Below, one piece after another: positions 1 through 10,149 of a DNA stretch of 64,000 nt. Source of the stretch: Patescibacteria group bacterium (GTDB taxonomy: Bacteria > Patescibacteriota > Microgenomatia > UBA1400 > PJMF01); contig BOKX01000001.1 in the NCBI GenBank assembly GCA_016861205.1, forward strand, positions 520,539 through 584,538, given 5' to 3'. Position numbers and translations under genes: made by a program. Below the pieces are notes generated by a model, which saw only the letters and a list, made by a program, of their open reading frames with translations, searched no databases and had not been told where the DNA came from. The stretch's first letter is position 1. Every line of letters starts with the position of its first letter.

Positions 1-283
1 CAACCCAAACTTCCATACCCAGAAAATAGGTAAAAACACCATTGAGATATATGGCCAAGGGGGCTTTGTAGTCACCAAAGGACCGGAATGAAACTGGCAA
101 TCGTTCTAACCACTCGTCACGACGCTTGGTAATAACTGCGTAACCGTTATAACCAATGGCTGCTTCATCCCACGCTAATCCATGTGGCACCTGGCCTAGC
201 TGGTAAAAACGTAAAAGGGCAGCAACTACCAAAATAGCGACTGCCCACCACCACCATGTTTTTTGTATGACTGCACGCTGCAT
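1..283 (-). CDS. GT-C (ArnT/PMT-like) membrane glycosyltransferase, N-terminal part; runs off the window edge
   Basis: Manual translation from ATG at 283: MQRAVIQKTWWWWAVAILVVAALLRFYQLGQVPHGLAWDEAAIGYNGY...FRSFGDYKAP. TM helix then the DE motif typical of GT-C. Not in the ORF track. Confidence 0.8.
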   Translation of the reverse strand, partial: MQRAVIQKTWWWWAVAILVVAALLRFYQLGQVPHGLAWDEAAIGYNGYAVITKRRDEWLERLPVSFRSFGDYKAPLAIYLNGVFTYFLGMEVWV

Positions 284-336
284 GTTACAACCTTATCATA
301 GCAGACGGAGATCACCCTGCGTGATACTATCATTGC

Positions 337-1830
337 ATGAGATCACGAGTTATGGACCACCCAAGCTGGTGGTGGGGTTGGTGGTTACTTGGCATAGCCC
401 TGACTCTGTGGATGACTCGCTGGATCTGGGGCACTTCAGTCGATATTGAGTATCTGCAAAGTTTCTTCGACCGCTCGCAGTGGCGAATACCACTCAGTGA
501 ACACGTCATCGCTGATAGTGAACTGTACTTGGTCGCTGGTTGGCGACTAGTAACTCGCCACGATTTCTATCAAACCAATCCTGAAGTGCCACCTGTTGGC
601 AAGTATCTTTATGGCCTGACCATGATGGCGACTGGCCAACCCTACCTGGTAACTGTCAGCTTGTACCTAGTGGCAATTTTGAGTTTCGGTTGGTTTGTTC
701 ATCAGTGGCTGCCAAAACCAGCGGCCCGCTTGGCTACCGGCTGGTGGATCTGGAGCGGCTTGTTGAGCTGGCAAGTTAGCCAAACCATGTTAGATCTACC
801 TCAAGTTGTCTTTTTGTTGTGGCATGTGATCATGATCGGCTTGGCGCTCAAAACTACCTCGCGCAAACAGCACCTGTTGGCTTTCGGTGGAGCTGGCGTG
901 ACTCTCGGTCTTTTTGCAGCCACGAAAATTGGGTTGTTCGTACCACTCGTGTTACTAGCCGATACTTGGTTTGCATTGATAACCGGTCAATGGTGGGCAG
1001 TAGGAGTTATCGGATTGCTGAGCGGGTTTACTTACTTAGTTTCCTATGCTGATTTTCTAAGGCAGAACACTATTTTAGATTGGCTAAAAGCCCAAAAATG
1101 GATGTTAAACTTCTATGCTGCTTCCAAGCTCAAACCAATTCCCGGCATGGCAGTGATCACCAGCCTGACTGGCTGGTATCGTGGCTGGTGGCAAACGCAG
1201 GGTTGGCAGTTTGTCCAAGACTGGAACGTGCTTTGGTCACTCGGTGTTTTAAGCTGGCTAGTGGGTATCAAAAAGTGGCAGTGGCGAGTGAGTGCCCGGC
1301 AACCTGAAACAGTTATGGCACACTATGTCCTTCTGCTGGGTGGTCTCATCTTTGTGAGCATGTGTGTGATTCCCTTTTGGCCAAGATACTTCCTGCTGGT
1401 CTTACCATTTGGCATCTATTGGCTGGCCAAAATCATCGCGCCATACCCCAAACTCAGTTGGGTCGTGACAGGCATAGTTGTCATGCAGTGGTTTGTCAGC
1501 ATGGCACCAAACCCAACAGAACGACTGCACTTCATCATAGATGGTTGGCAACAAGAACACTGGGCCGAGCTCTACAGCCTCACAGATCCTCAGTTTCAGA
1601 AACAAGTTAGCCGTGCTGAGTTTTATCGAACGTGGTCCAGTTCCCCAGCCATTCCCAAAACCGCCACTCTGACATCAGCACTAACTCCTTGGCAAACGCA
1701 CGCCTCAGCCGAGCTGGTCTTCCCCACAATCACCGGAGAGGTACGGACCCAGATACTATTAACTCGAGTGGGTAATCAGTGGTTCTGGTCAATTCCTGTC
1801 GAGACACTGTCACCGACAGTGGTTCAATAG
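337..1830 (+). CDS. Multi-pass membrane protein, GT-C/PMT-like glycosyltransferase
   Basis: 497 aa, many TM segments, motifs DSELY, NPEVPPVGKYLYG, ATK, PRY. Confidence 0.7.
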   Translation: MRSRVMDHPSWWWGWWLLGIALTLWMTRWIWGTSVDIEYLQSFFDRSQWRIPLSEHVIADSELYLVAGWRLVTRHDFYQTNPEVPPVGKYLYGLTMMATGQPYLVTVSLYLVAILSFGWFVHQWLPKPAARLATGWWIWSGLLSWQVSQTMLDLPQVVFLLWHVIMIGLALKTTSRKQHLLAFGGAGVTLGLFAATKIGLFVPLVLLADTWFALITGQWWAVGVIGLLSGFTYLVSYADFLRQNTILDWLKAQKWMLNFYAASKLKPIPGMAVITSLTGWYRGWWQTQGWQFVQDWNVLWSLGVLSWLVGIKKWQWRVSARQPETVMAHYVLLLGGLIFVSMCVIPFWPRYFLLVLPFGIYWLAKIIAPYPKLSWVVTGIVVMQWFVSMAPNPTERLHFIIDGWQQEHWAELYSLTDPQFQKQVSRAEFYRTWSSSPAIPKTATLTSALTPWQTHASAELVFPTITGEVRTQILLTRVGNQWFWSIPVETLSPTVVQ

Positions 1831-1833
1831 GTG

Positions 1834-2718
1834 TTACCAGCCAACTTTTCGAAACTTCCAGGCATGATACGGCAGCCACATCAAGAATTGGAGTTTTTGC
1901 CACCAAGTTGAGTGGACCCAAGCAAAGGTTCTAGTATGTCGCCAACTCCACAACGTCATGGCAGACTCGCCGAACACAGCTTGGTGCGTGGTTTCATGTT
2001 GATGAACCACAACGGCCTCGGTCGCAAACCAAGTTTTCCAGCCACGCTTTTGCGCTCGACGTGAAATATCAATATCTTCCCAGTAAGCAGGGTAGTAACG
2101 CTTATCGAACCCACCCAGCTCTAACCATTTAGCGCGGTCAAACATACCACTGCCACCACTCACCCAAGCCGTTTCTCCAGAAGTGAAGTTCACTGCCCGA
2201 CTGTGCATGAACAAGCCACGCTGAAACCATAGCCGATTTTTGCCACCCCACTGTTCGCCACCTTTATCGTCAGGTTCGCGCTCCAAGCAACCAACCCCAA
2301 ACATCAACTCATCATCGAAGTAGGGCAACAGTGTGTCGATTACATCGGGGGCTGGCGAAACATCATTGTTTAGTAACAAAACAAACGGGTGATGCGCCAA
2401 GCGAAAACCAGCATTGGCATTTGCTCCAAAGCGAACGTTTTTGAGGTGTCGCAGGTACCACATCACCACTGACTTGCGACCCAAATGTACGGTCGCAAAA
2501 TAGAGCTCGGTACCAGCAATCTTGTCGGCTGGGGCAGGCTCGAGATGCCAGGTTTTTTGGGCCCACGTCAAAGAACCATCTGTACCCGCGTCATCAGCAA
2601 TGATCACTTCATCGCCATCTCGAACACACGCTAACACCGCTGGCAGGTTTTTTTTCAATAATTCTTCGCCGTTAAAAGTTGGAATCACCACTGAAACATG
2701 GTGTTTAAGTGTTGGCAT
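1834..2718 (-). CDS. GT2 glycosyltransferase (rhamnosyltransferase-like)
   Basis: VSVVIPTFN, DDAGTD, LLNND, GGFD..YWED; start moved to ATG 2718, which follows a GGAG SD. Confidence 0.88.
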   Translation of the reverse strand: MPTLKHHVSVVIPTFNGEELLKKNLPAVLACVRDGDEVIIADDAGTDGSLTWAQKTWHLEPAPADKIAGTELYFATVHLGRKSVVMWYLRHLKNVRFGANANAGFRLAHHPFVLLLNNDVSPAPDVIDTLLPYFDDELMFGVGCLEREPDDKGGEQWGGKNRLWFQRGLFMHSRAVNFTSGETAWVSGGSGMFDRAKWLELGGFDKRYYPAYWEDIDISRRAQKRGWKTWFATEAVVVHQHETTHQAVFGESAMTLWSWRHTRTFAWVHSTWWQKLQFLMWLPYHAWKFRKVGW

Positions 2719-3817
2719 GCTGGTCTCCAATCATCTGTCGTAACGTGGCTTTAAATGCAGCCTCACCAAATGAAGCCGCTTGTTTTTGTGCCTGGTGGCT
2801 GGCTGCTGCAACTTGATCAGGATTCTTGATCAGGTCAAGGGTTTTGCGCATCCCATCCGTGGGGGTTTGCCATAACCACATCTTAAGAGCATCACCAACA
2901 ACCTCAGGCTGGCCGCCTTTCCCATGCACTACCGGCACGGCTCCCATAGACATCGCTTCAACTGTACTAATTCCGAAATGTTCTACTTTCATCGGTTCAG
3001 TGGTCTCATCAACTTCCCACCCCGCAGCGTGCCAATAAATTTTGGCTTTTGCATACCACTGCCACACTTCAAACTTAGACAGCGAGTGATAAAACTCGAT
3101 CGGCAAACCTTTGGCTGCACCTTTGACTGCTGCTGCGTACTGTTCATCTTCGACTGCCCCGATGAGCACCAACTTCCAGCCTGCCAGCAACTTCGGTTCT
3201 GTCTTGAGCAGCTCGGTAAACATACTCACCAGAACATCCTGCCGTTTGCTGTGAAGGTGTTTAAAAAACCTACCCACTGATAGGATCACTTTTTCTTTTC
3301 GGATAGTTGCACCTACTTCAAGTGGTGGTACCACCATTGGATAATGCACAAATTGAATCGGTGTGTGCCAAGCCCGAGACACTACTCGCCGGGTGAACAC
3401 TGAGTTGGTGTTGCGAATCGGCCAATTAAAAAGTTTGAGCCGCTGGCTCATACTCAGCGGTTTTGAAAATGGGAACTGAATATGCATGACATTTCGCTTG
3501 GCAGCACTCCACCACATACTGCCATCGGTGAGATAGTAAACAACGTCGAACTGTTTGGTCCATGACAACTTGGACAACCAACTATCACCAGCGTTCATTG
3601 GCGCTGGCACCCACTGAATCCCTGCAAGTGACTCACCCAAAAAAGCTTCGTACGCTTTGATCTTTGCTGTCAGTTGTTCATCAGACACAACTGGGCCTGA
3701 CAACCCAATGGTGACTTTGTGTCCATCGCTTACCAAACACCTTGCCACATCCAAGATGTACTTCTCACCGCCTCCAAAGTGTTTCGGCAAGTAAGGTGAG
3801 TAGAGGCCGATTTTCAT
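2705..3817 (-). CDS. GT4 (GT-B) glycosyltransferase
   Basis: GGGEKY, VGRF..SKRQD, EHFGISTVEAMSMG; start could also be ATG 3829. Confidence 0.9.
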   Translation of the reverse strand: MKIGLYSPYLPKHFGGGEKYILDVARCLVSDGHKVTIGLSGPVVSDEQLTAKIKAYEAFLGESLAGIQWVPAPMNAGDSWLSKLSWTKQFDVVYYLTDGSMWWSAAKRNVMHIQFPFSKPLSMSQRLKLFNWPIRNTNSVFTRRVVSRAWHTPIQFVHYPMVVPPLEVGATIRKEKVILSVGRFFKHLHSKRQDVLVSMFTELLKTEPKLLAGWKLVLIGAVEDEQYAAAVKGAAKGLPIEFYHSLSKFEVWQWYAKAKIYWHAAGWEVDETTEPMKVEHFGISTVEAMSMGAVPVVHGKGGQPEVVGDALKMWLWQTPTDGMRKTLDLIKNPDQVAAASHQAQKQAASFGEAAFKATLRQMIGDQHANT

Positions 3818-3831
3818 TGATGAACCCATGG

Positions 3832-4683
3832 TCAGACTCGCTTTCGCCACAGTTCGGCCACTAACTCTTCATGCCGACGATATCGAGCTGACAGGGATGG
3901 TTTTTGCTGCAGCTCCCAAACTTGGATGTACACTAACAGCCGATTCGTTGCTTGAACTAAGGCTTCTATCCAACCTGGCAAACCGTCCTTATAACCTTGT
4001 TCTTTAACACCTCGGCGCAACAACTCCATGCCGAACTTCCTGAATAAGGTTGTCAATTTCACTGGTGGAATACCTGACTCAAACAGCAAGCGCGCTTCGA
4101 TGGGTGTCCACTCTGCTGTTTTTAACAAACCTGAGACCACATTGCGATGAGTTAGATGCAAGAGTGGTTGTTGTAACTCGCTTACTTCGCCATCTATGTC
4201 TGCGTGTTCGTGTACCTCACCAGCCCACGTTTTGAGCTTCAGCCGATTGAACAATCGGACCACCCGATCATGCTGCCAGCCGCCATAGTACATTGGGTAT
4301 CCGTACAGTACATTGCTGCGTCGGACTGAGTAAGCAGTTGGGGCATGAGGATTGGTCTCTGATTGAGCTATGGCACTTCGCACTTCATCAGCTAATGCAG
4401 GGACTACTCGCTCATCCGCATCCACATAGAGCACCCAATCAGTTTTGGCTCGACGCAAGGCTTCGTTTCTAAGTTCCGAGAAGCCACCTTTGGTGGTCAC
4501 TACTCGCGCTCCAGCCCGCTTCGCCAACTCGGCAGTGGTATCACTCGAATCGTTGTCCACCACGATCACTTCATCACACCACTGCAAACTGTCGAGACAG
4601 TTGGCAATCATGTCAGCTTCATTCCGAGCTATCACTAACGCAGAAATTGTCGGTTGAGTTTTGGTTTCAGTCATCGTGTTCAT
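3832..4683 (-). CDS. GT2 glycosyltransferase (KdtX/WaaE-like beta-glucosyltransferase family)
   Basis: IARNEA, DNDSSD, DADER, VHE. Confidence 0.88.
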   Translation of the reverse strand: MNTMTETKTQPTISALVIARNEADMIANCLDSLQWCDEVIVVDNDSSDTTAELAKRAGARVVTTKGGFSELRNEALRRAKTDWVLYVDADERVVPALADEVRSAIAQSETNPHAPTAYSVRRSNVLYGYPMYYGGWQHDRVVRLFNRLKLKTWAGEVHEHADIDGEVSELQQPLLHLTHRNVVSGLLKTAEWTPIEARLLFESGIPPVKLTTLFRKFGMELLRRGVKEQGYKDGLPGWIEALVQATNRLLVYIQVWELQQKPSLSARYRRHEELVAELWRKRV

Positions 4684-5594
4684 AAAATAGTTTGCTTTCC
4701 TAGATTACCCACCACCACATCTACAATGGCCCGTCGCTCATAGTAACCACCTCGCCAAGCGAGTCTAACTGCCAAACTGATGACTGTTAGTTTGGTTCTC
4801 CAAGAACCATAGCGCCAGCAGAACCACAATCGATTCCGAGTCTGATAGTACAGATGCAGTGGCGAACCTGGACCCCCAGTTGAACCAGCATTCGTATGCC
4901 AAATTTTGGCAGTTGGACAGAGTTTGAGAGCAAAACCATGATATTTGACCCTCATGCTCCAATCCACATCTTCTAGATAGAGGAAGTATCGATCATCTAA
5001 GCCACCCACAATCTCCAAAACTTTTCTCGGCAGAAGGACACAGCAACCTGTCGCGAAATCCATGTCACTATCCGCAGCAAATTGACCACGATCCAGCTCA
5101 TCAATTCCTCGATGAAAAGCATCGAGGTTGCGCCAGTCTATACTCCCGCCACCGAACCAGAGGACTTTACCGAGATCTTTTGGCTGATAACTCGACTGAT
5201 GGAACTCTCTTCCAGCAGTAAAGTAAATCAACGGATTCACCATCCCAACTTCTGGATGATTAACCAAGTAGGCATGAAGTTCAGTCAAAAAATTCGGTGA
5301 CACAATCGTGTCATTATTCAGCAGTAAGACATAATCTGACTGGTACGTCTCCAGTGCATGTTTGACGAGTAAGTTATTTCCACCCGTAAAACCCAAGTTA
5401 GTTTCGCTGCGCAAAATTTCGAGCGGTAACTCCTGCAACTTAGGTGGCACCGTAAAAATTTCTTTTGAAGCGTTGTCCAAAACGATAATCTGGTACCGAA
5501 AGCGTTTAGCCTCAAGTCGCCGCAGCGAATCAAGACACTTGAGCGTGTCAGCTTCAGCATTGTAGTGGACGATCACGATACTAATGTGGTCCAT
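4680..5594 (-). CDS. GT2 glycosyltransferase
   Basis: ISIVIVHYN, DNAS, NLGFTGGNN, LLNND, FLYLEDVD. Confidence 0.9.
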   Translation of the reverse strand: MDHISIVIVHYNAEADTLKCLDSLRRLEAKRFRYQIIVLDNASKEIFTVPPKLQELPLEILRSETNLGFTGGNNLLVKHALETYQSDYVLLLNNDTIVSPNFLTELHAYLVNHPEVGMVNPLIYFTAGREFHQSSYQPKDLGKVLWFGGGSIDWRNLDAFHRGIDELDRGQFAADSDMDFATGCCVLLPRKVLEIVGGLDDRYFLYLEDVDWSMRVKYHGFALKLCPTAKIWHTNAGSTGGPGSPLHLYYQTRNRLWFCWRYGSWRTKLTVISLAVRLAWRGGYYERRAIVDVVVGNLGKQTIL

Positions 5595-5625
5595 ATGTCT
5601 CTCTATTATACGTACTCACGCACTT

Positions 5626-6579
5626 TTAAACTCGAAGTTTGCGTCGCACTCGCCAAACCAGCTGCTCCCAACCTCGAGTCCGCTGGACCTGAGTATCTGC
5701 TAACCAATATGCCAACTGACCACGCAAAGAAGCCAAAGCAGTTACCTCAACGTCCGTCTGCTGGTGGGTGGCCGTTGCCAGCTCTTCTGGCTTGACTAAC
5801 TCGAGGTACTTGAGGTGAACGGCGAGTTCATAGCACCCCTGCATCAGGGCCAAACTGGCTCCGACCGTGCCATCCATGAAACCTTTTTTATGAAAGAAAC
5901 GACTTTGAAACTCATTAAAAAAAGTCTCAATAGCTGAAGTTGGTTGGCTGGGTTGCTTGGTACTCTCGCTTGCTAGCTCCTCAGCTTTCAGATCAGTGTA
6001 ACGATTCAAACGCTCCAAGTATGACTGAACCGTTGGGTAGTTTTGATGCATCAGAGCCACGTTAGGATCGGCTGGCAAGTAAACACTTTCTCCATCAACT
6101 TTGGGCAATCGATGTACACCATCCTCCCAGGTCACTTTACCTTGTTGAAAAAGCCTTGCTTGATGATCAGGCCACCAACCGGTGTGAGCCACCCAGTGAC
6201 CAAAAATGTAGTTCTGCCGCGGCAACCAATAACAAGCAACGGTGCTAGCACTTGGCTGACTGAGAGTTGACCGAATCCAAGTAGCTAAACTGGGGGGAAC
6301 GGTTTCATCAGCGTCTAAAACTAGAATCCATGGCTGCTTAGCTTGGGCGTTGGCAAAGTTGCGGGCGGGATCAGCGTAGCGGTGATTTTTCGTGTAGGTG
6401 ATAACTTGATCGGCATACTTTTTTGCAATCTTAACTGTGTCATCGGTGCTTTGCATGTCGACCACCACCACTTCACTAGCCAAATCTTTGACACTACGAA
6501 GGGCCGCCTCTAACGTTGTTGCGGCGTTTTTGGTGTTGATTACGACACTCAGTGGCAAAGCAGATTTCGGTTCTGTCAT
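5626..6579 (-). CDS. GT2 glycosyltransferase (KdtX/WaaE-like)
   Basis: LSVVINTKN, DMQSTD, LDADE, WWPD; start moved to MTEPKS (6579) to avoid overlap with the divergent gene. Confidence 0.88.
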   Translation of the reverse strand: MTEPKSALPLSVVINTKNAATTLEAALRSVKDLASEVVVVDMQSTDDTVKIAKKYADQVITYTKNHRYADPARNFANAQAKQPWILVLDADETVPPSLATWIRSTLSQPSASTVACYWLPRQNYIFGHWVAHTGWWPDHQARLFQQGKVTWEDGVHRLPKVDGESVYLPADPNVALMHQNYPTVQSYLERLNRYTDLKAEELASESTKQPSQPTSAIETFFNEFQSRFFHKKGFMDGTVGASLALMQGCYELAVHLKYLELVKPEELATATHQQTDVEVTALASLRGQLAYWLADTQVQRTRGWEQLVWRVRRKLRV

Positions 6580-6616
6580 ACTTGAATGGTACCATTCATT
6601 GTATAGTCTAGAGTGT

Positions 6617-8623
6617 ATGAATACTAGTTTGTGGTTAAGTAATCCAGTGTGGATCGGGTGGCTGCTCTGGGCGGTAGTTGGTTTGATCGTTAGCCTATAC
6701 CTGCCTGGGTCTCTACTTGTATCTCGTTTGAAACTCAAATCAACGAGCATGCATTTTGTGTTGGCTTGGGCTGTCGGCCTCGCACTATGGGCGGCTCAAG
6801 GCGTGCTCTTGGGCTACTTTCAGCTACGTTGGCTCACTTTTGGTTACATTGTTTTGGCACTCGTTGGCACGTGGTTCCAACGCGAAACAGAGCTCCAGCG
6901 ACACCGAGAGTTGTGGTCAAGTTTGCGACGAATGAGTAAGCTCACATGGCTCATGGTAGTAGTCGGGACACTGGTGCAAGTTCTACCTGTCATCGGAACC
7001 GGCTGGCAGTTTGCGGATGGCGTTCATTTTTACCGAATTAATGCGTACGACGGGGTCATGCACCTGGCCTATGTACAAGAACTCGTCCACCACTTCCCAC
7101 CGGCTGAACCTGGCGCATATTGGTTGCCTTTGGTGAACTACCACTACTGGTCAGATGTGGCGATGGCTGAGTTGAGTCGGGTCTGGCAGTTACCAATTAC
7201 CCACGTCGTTTTTCAAATTGCCCCATTAGGGCTTTCTCTTGTGACTGCTGCTGCGACCTATCAATTCTTGCGACAGGTAAGCGGCCGAGCTAGCGCCGGT
7301 CAATGGGGTTTGCTGTTCTTGTACGGAGCTGGTGAACTAACGTACCTGTTCATGTGGTACTTTCAGCGACGACTTGGCTTTGACATTACTCCAGCCATTG
7401 ATAATGGTGCCATGCAGTTCCTCAACCTCCCGCACTGCTTTGCCAAAGCCATTTTTATGAATGGTTTGTTGACTTTGTCGGCGGCTTGGAGTGAGGGTGC
7501 CAAAAACAAGTGGTGGTGGCTCATTTCCTTGGTGCTATTAAGCACGTTGGTTGGATTTAAAATCTACTTTGGCATGTTTGTGGCTCTAGGCTTAGTCCTA
7601 GCTTTGGCTGGTTACGGGCTCCAACAAGGTCATGTCCTGAAGTGGCAGTTACCCAAACTATGGAAAATGGTTTGGTGGCCAGGCGTCAGTGTTGCCTTCA
7701 TTGGATTAGTGATGATGGCTATTTTCTTTCCAGTAAACCATGGTGCGGGTGGACTCTTCTACTCACCGCTCGAATGGCCAAAACTATTTTTGGGCCACAC
7801 CAACTTGAATTGGCAGGGTTGGTGGCTGCGTCGGCAAGTGTATGAGGCGGCCGGTAACACCCGCAACTTGATCATCATGGATAGCTTGGCTATAGCAATC
7901 TGTTTGTTATCTATTCATGGCACCCGACTGTTGGGTTTGTGGCCACGCCGGTGGTGGCTTAAACTTGGTTGGCCCATGTTTTTATTTTTAAGTGGGCCAA
8001 CGCTCATCTTCACTTGGCTCGGTCTTTTTACCTTACAGGAATCAGGACTGTTTAATGTTTTTAATTTTTTTGCGGTCAGCACTATCCCGTTGGCGCTCGC
8101 TACTGCTTTGGTGTGTGACGAGTGGTGGTCTTCGAAGCGATGGTGGCTGAAAACATTCGTCGTTATCGTAGTCCTGTTAAGTATTCCTCGGGCTGTACAC
8201 ACTTCCTATTTTTATCTCGATACCTACCGCCACTCCAAAGTTGAACAAGTAGTCTCACCTGATGAACTGGCGGCTTTCCGGTTTATAGAGACCCAACTCC
8301 CAGCTGCCAGTGTTGTACAAAGTAGTCCACTCAACACTTGGGACAAAACATCACCTTACGTGGCGTACTACAGCCAGCGACCTGCCTACCTCAGCGGCGT
8401 GGGCATGATGGACACCCATAATCAGCCTGTCAGTGACCCGTATGCGGAGTACAAGAAGATGTTTATGGAAGTGGACGGTGTGACCCTGCGCAGCTACCTT
8501 CAGGATCGGGCTGTCACCCACGTGTACTTACGAAAAAAGGCTGATGAACTACCCAGTTACCCACCATCCGAATTGGGCTCCGTGGTTTTCGAAAACGACA
8601 GTGTGATGCTAGTAGCCCTCTAA
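6617..8623 (+). CDS. Large multi-pass membrane protein, probable GT-C fold glycosyltransferase
   Basis: About 668 aa from MNTSLW, many TM helices, YD..MH, P..PG, NYHY motifs and a soluble C-terminal domain. Confidence 0.65.
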   Translation: MNTSLWLSNPVWIGWLLWAVVGLIVSLYLPGSLLVSRLKLKSTSMHFVLAWAVGLALWAAQGVLLGYFQLRWLTFGYIVLALVGTWFQRETELQRHRELWSSLRRMSKLTWLMVVVGTLVQVLPVIGTGWQFADGVHFYRINAYDGVMHLAYVQELVHHFPPAEPGAYWLPLVNYHYWSDVAMAELSRVWQLPITHVVFQIAPLGLSLVTAAATYQFLRQVSGRASAGQWGLLFLYGAGELTYLFMWYFQRRLGFDITPAIDNGAMQFLNLPHCFAKAIFMNGLLTLSAAWSEGAKNKWWWLISLVLLSTLVGFKIYFGMFVALGLVLALAGYGLQQGHVLKWQLPKLWKMVWWPGVSVAFIGLVMMAIFFPVNHGAGGLFYSPLEWPKLFLGHTNLNWQGWWLRRQVYEAAGNTRNLIIMDSLAIAICLLSIHGTRLLGLWPRRWWLKLGWPMFLFLSGPTLIFTWLGLFTLQESGLFNVFNFFAVSTIPLALATALVCDEWWSSKRWWLKTFVVIVVLLSIPRAVHTSYFYLDTYRHSKVEQVVSPDELAAFRFIETQLPAASVVQSSPLNTWDKTSPYVAYYSQRPAYLSGVGMMDTHNQPVSDPYAEYKKMFMEVDGVTLRSYLQDRAVTHVYLRKKADELPSYPPSELGSVVFENDSVMLVAL

Positions 8624-8640
8624 ACGCATCGGTCACCCGA

Positions 8641-10149
8641 CTACTGTTTCTGCCAATAGCGAGCCACCAACTGGCCGACTTCGGCCCGCAGTTGAGACCA
8701 ACCGATAACCACAAACGTGACCCCGTAACTCAAACCGCTCACTACCCCACCAAACAACAACCAGCTATAACTGCGTGCCCACCAGTCTTGCCCAAGCCAA
8801 CCAACGACACTCATTACGACTCCAGCCACCAGTGGTCTCCAGACTTGTGCCCAAATCGCCACATCAACTTCTTTTTTCACTAAGTAGACCGGCAAAATGG
8901 ATGTTAAGGAAATGATTAATGATGCCCACGCTACTCCATTAAATCCATACCAATACACTAACAACGGTGTCAGCAACCACGTCAAACTTAGCCACATACC
9001 CATTAATTTAAGTGACTGTTTAATCTGACCAATTGCGTTTAACGTTGACACTAACGGTGATGAAATTGCGGCTGGGATGATACTCAGCGCAAACAAGGTA
9101 AAGCTGAGTAATGCTGGTTGCCACTTAGCATACCGTGGCACAATTTCTGTTAGCGGACCCATTAAAATAATTGTGCCAATAATCAACGGCACAATCAGCA
9201 AACTGATAAAGAACGTTGTTTTCTCAATTGCTCTTTTTAAAACATGCGGATGCCCTTGCAGTCGCGAGTAGGTTGGGAACATGACAGCAGATACATTGCC
9301 AACTGTTAAGTTATATGGATACATCGACCAATTTTTGGCCCAATTGATGTAGCCAAACTCCGTCAGTGGCAAGAACCACCCCATCACCAAGTAGAATAAG
9401 TTATCCTTCACTCGGGCCAATAGATCATAGAGTTGGAAACGAATTCCGAACCCAACCAGTTGCTTGGTCACTGCCCGATCCCAGCTCAGACCAATGGACC
9501 ACGGTTGCAGGAACCACATGGCAACCACACCCACCAACGACCGGGCCATCGTTGCATAGGCATAGGCAATTACCCCTGCCCCTCGCCAGGCCATTACCAC
9601 CAAAACTCCAAAGAAAGTCAGCTGCTCCAGAATCTGCGGCACAACAACCTTCGAAAACTCCAGTTTTCGTTCGAGCTTGATTGATGAGATGGTTTTCAAA
9701 CTTACTAACGGAAAAGAAATAGCCAAGCTTAGTAACACCCATACGCCGGCTGAACCCGTTTTACTACTCACTAAACCAGTGGCCACCACTCCTAAGCTCA
9801 ACGCCACTATCAGCCACGACAGGAGTTGTTGGATGGTGAAAGCGACTCGGTACTGTTTCAGTGTTGGCTCAGTTTTTTGTTGTACCAAAGTGGCCGCCAG
9901 ACCGACATCGGAGAAAAACACGAGCAACCCAATAATTTGAGTCACAAAACCATAAATGCCAAAGTCAGCCGGATCCAAAAAGGCACTCAATAAAATACCC
10001 GCCACAAAGCCAACGATTTGGAGAAACGCACCGCGAATAAAAAACGACACTACCCCAACCAAACTTTTTTGTTTAATGGCATTTACCTCTGGCGACTCAA
10101 GCACCTCATCTGTTTCTTGGGTAGTATCGGGAGCAGTGTAGTTAATCAT
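8641..10149 (-). CDS. wzx: Wzx/PST-family polysaccharide flippase
   Basis: LDPADFGIYG, SDVGLAATLVQ, 12-14 TM helices; start moved to MINY (10149), coupled to the upstream stop. Confidence 0.85.
   Translation of the reverse strand: MINYTAPDTTQETDEVLESPEVNAIKQKSLVGVVSFFIRGAFLQIVGFVAGILLSAFLDPADFGIYGFVTQIIGLLVFFSDVGLAATLVQQKTEPTLKQYRVAFTIQQLLSWLIVALSLGVVATGLVSSKTGSAGVWVLLSLAISFPLVSLKTISSIKLERKLEFSKVVVPQILEQLTFFGVLVVMAWRGAGVIAYAYATMARSLVGVVAMWFLQPWSIGLSWDRAVTKQLVGFGIRFQLYDLLARVKDNLFYLVMGWFLPLTEFGYINWAKNWSMYPYNLTVGNVSAVMFPTYSRLQGHPHVLKRAIEKTTFFISLLIVPLIIGTIILMGPLTEIVPRYAKWQPALLSFTLFALSIIPAAISSPLVSTLNAIGQIKQSLKLMGMWLSLTWLLTPLLVYWYGFNGVAWASLIISLTSILPVYLVKKEVDVAIWAQVWRPLVAGVVMSVVGWLGQDWWARSYSWLLFGGVVSGLSYGVTFVVIGWSQLRAEVGQLVARYWQKQ

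Noticed and set aside
6437-6750. Apparent long head-to-head overlap of two ORFs
   Set aside because: Artifact of upstream alternative starts; likely ATGs at 6579 (-) and 6617 (+) leave a 37-bp divergent gap.
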